From NCBI GenBank assembly GCA_964019425.1, contig OZ025789.1, positions 124,001 through 188,000 of the forward strand: a stretch of 64,000 bases of DNA, read 5' to 3'. Source of the stretch: Flectonema sp. DT1601 (taxonomy: Eukaryota). A model generated the notes under the pieces. The model worked only from the letters and a program-made list of their open reading frames with translations, ran no database searches and was not told the origin of the DNA. This document shows positions 61,601 to 64,000 of the stretch, one piece after another (within the stretch, counting starts at the first letter, position 1; each line of letters starts with the position of its first letter). The position numbers were made by a program, and so were the translations under genes.

Positions 61601-64000
61601 AGGCGGAAAGGCCACCGAGTTCACAATATCACCGAACGTGAAGTGCTCAGGGTGTCCGGAAAACTGCACCAGCGCCACACGAAGCTTCTCGGATCCAGCT
61701 CCCGAGTTCGACCCGACAACTGCCTTCTCGCCGCTGAGAGGCAGCGTCTTTACCCAGTCCCGCACCATCTCCATCAGCGCGTAGAACCCGTGAGGATGGC
61801 GTCCGAAGTTCTGGCTCATCGAACCAGAACCGTCGAGGATCATCACCACGTCCAGCGTCGGGCACTCCCCGTAGGTGACCTTCACGCAAGATCCCTGTTG
61901 CGGTTGCGACGCCAACGCCTTCCAGTAGCATTTCTCGTCCTCAACACAGTCGCACTTCTCGAGCTTGTTGCAGTCTTTCTCGATACACTTCGTCTGGTCC
62001 TTGTCCCACGCGCAGTCGCTGTCAGCTTCGCACGTCGGTTCGTCCCGGAGCTTCGCGCACGGCTTCTCCACGCACATCGCCGGGGAGATCGACGGGTTCC
62101 AGTGGCAGTCCTCAATCCTGTCGCACTGGATCTCGGTCATGTACTCCGTGCATTTCTTCTGTACACACCCCGTCGAGTTGGTGTTGTTGTTGTTGTCCTT
62201 CCACTCGCAGTACGGGTCAGCCACGCAAGGGTCCTTGCGGTCCGCCTTGCACTTCTCTTCCACACACGTTCCGGCGGTAACTTCAACCCGTCCACTGGCG
62301 TCCTTCGGGTCCACGCAAAGCTCCCCAACTCCTCCCCATTCGCAGATGTACCCGTCGATTCGCTGGTGGTCACCTGGGAAGTCGTTCCACTCGCCCGAAG
62401 GCCAGCGGAAGTGCGCGTAGTTCTCTCCCTCGGTAGCACACGATCCCGGACACGCTCCCTTGTAGTTGTTCGGCTCCCCCGCTTCCCAATTCGTGTACAT
62501 CGGCTTCCCGGTATTCGCATCTGTCGCCGCGACGAAGCTTCCCCCGCTTCCGCTTCCAATCACCAGACCCACCTGTGATGTCAGGTCGCATCCGCTTTGG
62601 TCGGCGGCGTAGGTACACCCGCCGTCCAATCCCTCCGGTCCGACAACCCATCCCCACCGTCCTTCGTCATTCTTGTCCGCCGCTCCCATCCATCCCTGGC
62701 CCTCGAGCTTCATCTTCGCCACCTGATCTTCCTCCTCCGAGGTGATGGTGATCAGGTACCCGCGGAGTCCCAGGATCATGTTGTCGGCGGATTCGCACTC
62801 TGCCTGCGCCTGTCCCCAGTGGCACTCGCTCGCCGTAGGGTCGACGTTCTGGCATTCCGTCTTCGAGAAATAGTGGTAGTAGTGTCCAGTCGCTGACGAC
62901 AGGAACCCGTGACCGTAGTTCCAAGTGATCTTTCTCGGAGATCCGGCGTCCGACGTCGTCGTGAAGGTCACCGTCGCGATCGCCGCAGCGTACTCGGCCA
63001 TCGTCTTCGCCGTCGTCGACTTCAAGTACAAGACTCCAGGAACGTCGTGCCACTCTGCCTCGAACCCGAGGCCCGCGCACTGGTCGCAGGCGAGCACGTC
63101 TTTCCCCTTCACGTATCCCTCTTCGACATCAACTGCTGCTCCCTTCACGGTGTCCGAGCAGCTGCACTTCCCCGAAACGGTGCAGCTCACCGTCGGGAAC
63201 GGAACCATCGGTTGTCCACGGGCGTACGCCGACACAGTCGAGTTCAAAGGAATCGTCGTCTGCCACACGCATCCATCTTGCGACGCGACGCATGGTCCCT
63301 CCTCAGTCTCCTTGCAAGGGGTCTCAGTACATTCCTGGTTAAGGTTGTTCCACACGCAGTCATCTGGATCAGCGAGGCATCCCTGTTCGTTGTCTCGGTT
63401 GCACTTCTTGTCCACACATGTTGACCCGTCCTTGTCAACCTGGCAGTCCTTCTGCTTCTTGCAATCCTCTGGCTTTCCAGTGTAGATCTCGCACCCCGTC
63501 TTCGGTTCCCGCACGCAGATCGTTCCGTTTGCCCACATGCACCCGTTCGCGGCATCTGCCGTGCAGTTCTTCTCCTCGCAGTGGTGCAGACACGGACTGT
63601 CACCGCACGAAAGAGAGTTGTCGAACCACACGCATCCAGGGTCCGCCAAGCAACCCGCCTGCCGCAAATGCTGCGGGCAAGGTTGGTGTACGCCTCCGCT
63701 CGCAGGGTTCGCTCCCCCCGATCCCTGTTGGGCCGCCTGTCCAAGAACCAGCGATCCGAAAACGCCGTTCGGGTCACAGATGTCGCCGAGCACCTTCTCC
63801 GGAACCTCATCAATCTGCAGGTTCTGGAAGTGAGCGTCATGCGGGTTCGACGTAATAGGCTTCAGCGTCTCCTCTGCGTCGGCGTCGTCCCTCGTGTGCT
63901 GGGCGCTCCTACGAACAACCACACCGAACACCTTCACCTGCTCGGTGTCGAGCTCGGACCGCGCATGCTGCAGAGCGTTCGGGTCGAAGATCCGACCATC
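43640..64000 (-). CDS. Second copy of the giant VWA/lectin membrane protein, 3' half only (end of VWA8, lectin module 3, VWA9-19, EGF, TM, tail); 5' part lies beyond the window
   Basis: Open frame continues to the window edge (the track start at 63937 is an internal GTG). Six amino-acid differences from copy 1 were seen. Confidence 0.95.
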   Translation of the reverse strand, partial: DGRIFDPNALQHARSELDTEQVKVFGVVVRRSAQHTRDDADAEETLKPITSNPHDAHFQNLQIDEVPEKVLGDICDPNGVFGSLVLGQAAQQGSGGANPASGGVHQPCPQHLRQAGCLADPGCVWFDNSLSCGDSPCLHHCEEKNCTADAANGCMWANGTICVREPKTGCEIYTGKPEDCKKQKDCQVDKDGSTCVDKKCNRDNEQGCLADPDDCVWNNLNQECTETPCKETEEGPCVASQDGCVWQTTIPLNSTVSAYARGQPMVPFPTVSCTVSGKCSCSDTVKGAAVDVEEGYVKGKDVLACDQCAGLGFEAEWHDVPGVLYLKSTTAKTMAEYAAAIATVTFTTTSDAGSPRKITWNYGHGFLSSATGHYYHYFSKTECQNVDPTASECHWGQAQAECESADNMILGLRGYLITITSEEEDQVAKMKLEGQGWMGAADKNDEGRWGWVVGPEGLDGGCTYAADQSGCDLTSQVGLVIGSGSGGSFVAATDANTGKPMYTNWEAGEPNNYKGACPGSCATEGENYAHFRWPSGEWNDFPGDHQRIDGYICEWGGVGELCVDPKDASGRVEVTAGTCVEEKCKADRKDPCVADPYCEWKDNNNNTNSTGCVQKKCTEYMTEIQCDRIEDCHWNPSISPAMCVEKPCAKLRDEPTCEADSDCAWDKDQTKCIEKDCNKLEKCDCVEDEKCYWKALASQPQQGSCVKVTYGECPTLDVVMILDGSGSMSQNFGRHPHGFYALMEMVRDWVKTLPLSGEKAVVGSNSGAGSEKLRVALVQFSGHPEHFTFGDIVNSVAFPPVGVGAGGRLTGDLAELSADVDWHEANYLEAGTYIEKALVRAGSIFKSSSPVDGRKRVLIIITDGKIQDDDKLAQAKNDLDGMDVQTFGIVVRRTNQLTQNDIDAETSLKPITSDPHDDHFLNLMIDEVPDKALNGICDPNGPWGHLIVDQAAIAAQTQAQQAGVHRPCPNYGNKVPCSSDVGCKWSDVLIACLDSPCVKHCTQEQCANSTGDCNWNSTVLECFNKEVCPGISDPNACDQNDKCSWNATGNKCIDTPCLHPDEPSCIADSTFDCTWDTVNGSCIETRCTQVDKTSCNQEAGCEWDEACGEGTCVGVPCQHADETECSKDVLCQWSQQSLTCSRKACAVYPDEKCCNHKDGCHWDVQQAPAVCAELPCRKFGEQVACSDERDCMWKDNKCVEKDCGEFEKCECDADPDCFFSISDGGSHCTFQRYATCPTLDVVLLIDGGASMSRAFGRHPNGFYALVEVVRDWAATLPLSGEAAGTTSMPQTKAMRLAMVQFAGSSQWPSSDEKQALSSPPGTGSGGRLSGVLSEVEADADFHEGNFMGESAAAQPDLKQTYLLGGLQKAVSLFQTSPFDGRKRVLIIVADGELNDKDSYTAARAALDQAQVHVFGIALRPFSTVSTDDVKTQQTLSGALSDPKDQHLQSLQVDEVASALKGLCDPNHAWGKFIADTSDGVACTLYASKDPCNKDDGCVWFDRTLSCGDSPCLAHCKQDNCTSADADNHCVWNQTLGACRKEELCNHPDTVECEKDDKCEVDPADKKTCIGKICDHDNQQGCLADPKGPCVWNESGKDCSKQPCVYFEPVFCNNDTECTWNRDADLCETIKCRWGQQVECEEKDGGICEWKNNACTFKPCKEHPDEKTCGKDDLCSWGTDCEVKYCKRYGEPGACDQDGECMWLNNTCVEKNCGEFEVCRCRKDGDCYWDKGTCKTSKFGECPTLDIVLVVDGSGSMSKSFGVHPHGFYGLMEMLKTWVQSLTLSGVPAGGSPLLDGKARVGFVQFGGIPTNKLPNGNVDGAQTTPAQIGASGRLTGLRTELDAELEWQETNYMHGGTFIASALDTAADMFKESPGSLRKKVLLVFTDGEIKDVDRLKDARGRLENAGVVTFGVVVRRFLAHTPVDLDAENSLRPITSEPHVDHYLNLVLSEIPDALDGLCDPNSLWGKYVVDPQSQAGVHKPCRNYVDKTKCDSDPGCLYQEVLTACVDTPCIRHCEESECNRDQGNHCEWNLQEQVCYKKEICPHTTPQACNQDAMCAWNVTAGTGGECGEKPCLHPDENSCLADTEFECTWQTGSQECVLTPCQYPDSTTCGADSGCKWDNSCPDEECVVKPCEGAGSDAACTADSRCQWNGSCSAKVCSEYAGEQCCNAVDGCHWDVQQSPALCAQLPCRKFDQNGCKGEDECMWSDAKLTCVEKDCGVMDKCQCEGDADCFFSSTAVSSHCTFQRYGTCPTLDIVLLLDGGASMSRAFGRHPNGFYALVEVVKDWAATLPLSKEAAGQPSVANTKAIRLALVQFAGSSKWTSDDPRQATFSPPGTGSGGHLTGSLSEVRADAEYHMGAFLGGSLVTQPTTQQTYLLAGLEKAVSLFRASPVDGRRRVLIIVSDGELHDKDAYGQAMSELDQAQVRIFGAVIRPFATRTAIDLRAEETLKQIVSSPASAHFQNILVDELATALNGICEPQHVWGRYVADVSEEVLPCPTVAEKDPCNKQSHCVWFDETLSCGDSPCLKHCKQDNCTADWPNQCQWKSGGCVKEEVCKHPTAARCLQDEKCEVADDGKTCIGKKCEHDNEQGCLADPDPCEWNNLAQTCGKRPCTYDAVATCEQDLNCTWNLDADYCELKKCSPYTEKGDCLTKPAAGLCEWVKQIGGNSLCETAPCKQYSSEKECNGDVICEWDTSIAPGTCNEKYCRRHCTKRGCNQATCKADAKCMTEGNSCVTKVCDKLSSDPCECHNDPDCFWIPSEQACVDTRYGTCPTLDLVVLFDGSGSMSNAFGRHPHGYFAEVEMLKSWVQGLPLSGEAAGTPSTVNRKTRVAFIQFSGVPQDSGSPVTGPIPGSALKTPSNTGTAGRLSGDAGELLADLSWHEANYMAQGTYIRAGLDMAAGIFQDSPLDGRRRALFIITDGAIQDKNLLASAQAKLSSQQVEVFGIVVRRFATHTQLDADAEETLKPITSDPHADHFVNVDMDELADVNGPLTKMCDPATGWGSGLAMQPVGGQHQPCRKYEGKTSCMSDRGCVWSETLLGCVNSPCVVHCSEAMCDGDVTNGCVGGWNELEKTCYRKEVCGGDNVVTCESEEGCEWNATATDCGEKRCHHKTEDSCLADTEAVCMWKDPTTCVLMPCVNHEARQECESDTEKSCMWTGDKTCVQKKCVYTAEVDCRSDALCDWQTSNLTCTVRPCVEYTEDKSCDADRRCHWDTSTSPGSCQLERCAKYPEQAMCEADSGCLWEKDLCVEKTCHKIPERCGCQQDPSCFWSNTGGRGRCEEQAYGKCPTLDVALVLDGSGSMSQSFGRHPHGFYAMMEMIRDWVKTLPLSGEDSAVGSNSVPSGGVRVGLVQFSGLAGSTGPTGGVVNSAQRTPPGVGANGRLSGDLAQLQADIEWHEDNYMKQLTFIEEGLVMASNMFAQDSPVDGRRKIIIIITDGVLMDGDKLSGVRSTLKQQQVLVFGIAVRRFSARTQGDIDAEAALKPVVSAPADEHFLSLMLDEVPTEVLTGLCDPASKWGRYVAGGGSGSIGLPAGAVPCEQFPSKGTCNQEKGCAWGDSAQVCGNTPCFQHCDDGPCTDDKENHCEWNGTESVCWKSKLCAHPDERSCAQDDECAWRNNTCAEKPCVHADEDACLADPEGCVYDSLLLTCSLEPCKTLKTEDGCSTEKEICEWDKHGLICKPKRCVSCGGNSTCCVEDESNKQWCEMNTTSNECQEKPCVGYADEVSCHEDLVCEWDSAVAPGKCKEKFCSQYGESVSCNNEPACHWDFSTCSDKKCGDYAKDLTNTDEVHCACNSNPECFWHDNVCVDVHYGACPTMDIVVLFDGSASMANQFGRHPRGYAALLEMLRDWSLLLPLANDYGRADRNGTGYPVGLTRISFIQFSGNENKKVNGVVRGSSLSTPLSGVNGAAGGRLSGYMPELTVDLDWQEKNFMGGGSFLAESFDTAAGLLAGAPNDGRKKVVMVIIDGKIEDGDQTALAKSKLDAIGVHTVGIVIRKSQSHTAGDLEAEASLRPLVTEPQETHFTNLMIDELQENVFDKWCNPGTPWGRWLVNLGTTDSHLPCDFHHNSAECNRDSGCQWDDSLVRCANTPCLQLCSEKLCMSAEESLLCEYDAKDHACGKKKVCAAANANDCGSDPECWWSTTKDRCEPRPCQHITEPACVSDTEEECVWVEDKCSLKKCSYNVSADCLADVECTWDQVASVCSEKPCQYVVMDLCVGDKQCKWESNKCVERPCAQHLDESSCHTDVGCKWDVDSSPAYCTETYCARWKAESDCDGDAACAWDSQQRGCVESRCDRFNGNQCACQEEAGCFWSGASDECVTSVFGACPPLDVAVVFDGSGSMSQAFGRHPHGYEALTTFLKEWVKKLPLNGDSYTAKEQTKATGMRVGFVQFSTPGAPRTTAGMVGTANGLLSGNLSELEKDIEYHNKNQMADRTFVEGALEHAVEIFRASPPTRKRVLILITDGKLNDADMLKAVRGSLDALSVQTFGVVIRRLDTRTQEDIDAEFALKPVVSLPTDEHFLNLKLDDVVTEVFEAICDPTKKFGALIAMREGAAHQPCAVYESAGSCLDDTWCVWSESLLGCVNTPCLSYGCSESECNAATSDFCGWTNGKSCERQPACPKHASPQLCDADTANACRWNGSTCQVRKCNHQAEDSCVTDPEGCEWATDDMVCTKTECTYTEEAKCTQAAAAEGCQWKAEEKLCVKDRCQSATCEANPWCCECAAHADEVTCNHDDKCHWSVDDAPSMCKVKYCSRFSEQGSCSTDPQQRCSWDSVDGECADKNCTKIGEPCPCNKDLGCFWDGSKKECVTGQFGGCPLMDVVIAMDSTTSMQGAFDRHPNGYYAMVEKIRDWVKGIPLSGTLGKAFKESPAQGVRVGVVQFAAEAGAIKSPQGVGSAGHVTGDLDELLKDLDFHEKNIVGTERAYIKSALDLTKGMLGSVTRKRILLVLTDSELKDAATTATVQNLRTLLGMQVQTFGLLLRPTTAFDASSSTAREALKMITSTVQDEHFADATIDELDSILWALCDPHKQFGALIAKSATGSGSASTPCPNHLEKDACDTDLSCRWSDRLLSCADSGCLAHCDNATCAEDHANLCSWIDGSCFKQPICSHADVSECLIDPGCDWNANKVKCEKKKCQHESESGCVEDLVGCEWESAHDACVERPCTYTSQDACGVDAKCTWDSKIRGTMAWGPCVLIPCQASDEAGCLADGKKCEWSTGTPECVPKKCTPYPDEMTCDHDDACHWNTEESPPGCTQKYCSKHAEQASCKTDSEKCKWSGQGCVELKCSDLKDGCSCKAVDRCTWDAKRSACLEGAFGGCPVMDIAVVFDGSGSMSQAFGRHPHGFYAMVEQLRDWVKTLPLSLESAGTMDPQAGGLRVGFIQFSAPKSAVRAPAGTGTGGRFSGVVAELSADLDFHEQAYAMESTYISQALDFAANLFQSSPAGRRKVLLIVTDGKIHDAAELNSARAALAGQGVEVFGVVLRRFKAHSEVDLEAEAVLSGIVSEPKADHYVNIPLDDFSREVLVDICNPNSKFGKIILNYQSLEGHHLPCGSFVTEKACYREAACKWNATQLACEWSMCHDECDEGSCNGAAGCVWDATFGECGRVVECSASEKLACEAMKYTVTDEGCRWYEGDSVCGPPPCTATTEDNCVADPYGCQFDEEAADKSKCVEKMCNAPDPVTCDGKDTCQWDLVIGSCVEKPCVPYKTEDVCGKHSYDCEWKGNTCTPLECVPYTNERDCAADASCEWKTAHAPAHCGVKVCRVNEDKPSCEGVESCVWDEAQRTCDEGVSQCKRFSKSCECGKTSGCMWKDDSCMASMYANCPAVDVVVLMDGSTSMAEVFGRHPHGFLAVTELLLDWVKTLPLADGEGSGAATKVLRTSGFRVGFAQFSASGAAKRTSTEGTKGLLSGSEAQLVDDLHWHEDQFRGSATVESYASQAMEMASVMLDESPADRKKVVIVVADGAIPDANLMKATRGRLEAQRATVFGIQVRRFSRPSAVSESDAETMKALVTEPVDSHFESVEMSELADVFAGLCNEATSFGYYVSEHGEPLHKGSCGEWESAAGCEVDSLCKWAAAGAECVRSACPSFCAEDACAGAAAEERCGWDAGSQSCQKQVCEFATQGACESTTDTESCRWETSTLSAAVCKPNVGCYALEEEVSCNADHSCSWNAAKPACEERSKCGVIGTKPTCDDRRECVWNTATSTCDDVEGCGLYPTESECDLAQKDDCAWSASSRVCIEKDCGVWDEGQKCEAALCVWVDGSNGTVAHCEDPKGCAVYAGEEAKCIEDAVCEWDAGVCKDKTGCPIYKDATICQKLRAPAARCEWDAPNVMCKDGEGCFMYSEMKKCGADDKCEWFEGAALPTGVKQPLCGKKCAMIGEATDCEDTQGCKWEEATCKKNDGCEDAGDRAGCNQMEWCTWDVNRCVTSLPCSEWSTKETCDVRSDGKCEWTGSECVVGGCPALNQTACVEDASCSWNGTCTQAGACKECPAGMSGKNCDQCDFKVVDGSCVVCDRDATCSGKGDCENNMCTCDPGWGGADCSVRMCAPSGAYWYTAYPNKPVKAEMFTVIVHGCFSQKKKNSGKLALMKGQDCLATVNQGCMVSEGSKITITETCQAAGVANPMLEPKVGMELMMNVTAQISGEYTLCYAMEGEKWAPVETHDRAGSRIGQLEVLEEFNDDAGARGATLLTAGEACCEGLQLGEACLPAALILVLWILVIALIVFLAYSLMKSRNENAALDQEKKERKFDDFEMDDGNKKMLDDDDDDDVRSPEK

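Larger units (their letters stand above)
40932..64000. repeat. Tandem segmental duplication, unit 2 (runs off the window)
   Basis: Colinear and near-identical with 590..~23618. Confidence 0.95.

Noticed and set aside
1..64000. CRISPR arrays, rRNA/tRNA, spliced-leader RNA gene, transposase or reverse transcriptase
   Set aside because: None recognisable. The periodicity in the window is explained by coding repeats and the segmental duplication.

Overview
Eukaryotic genomic DNA. An intronless giant ORF, head-to-tail minus-strand genes and pyrimidine tracts on the gene strand would fit a euglenozoan/diplonemid-like protist, but the taxon is an inference. The window is dominated by one uninterrupted minus-strand ORF (3258..40664, 12,468 aa from the first ATG). 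It encodes a type I membrane protein with a signal peptide, 3 adhesin-repeat + EPN-type C-type-lectin modules, 19 VWA (MIDAS) domains separated by arrays of short 4-Cys/Trp repeats, 14 'DEC' EGF-like repeats, terminal EGF-like domains, one TM helix and an acidic tail. The locus is tandemly duplicated with a ~40.3-kb unit. A near-identical second copy runs from 40932 off the right edge, and the junction cuts through a carboxylesterase gene, leaving a truncated copy (40772..41296). The longer esterase coding segment (130..954) runs into a probable intron with a (TTTTG)n microsatellite at the left edge. The AT-rich spacer holds a duplicated ~320-bp element flanking a hairpin-rich segment. The hundreds of other ORFs in the track are antisense or off-frame shadows of the giant gene.
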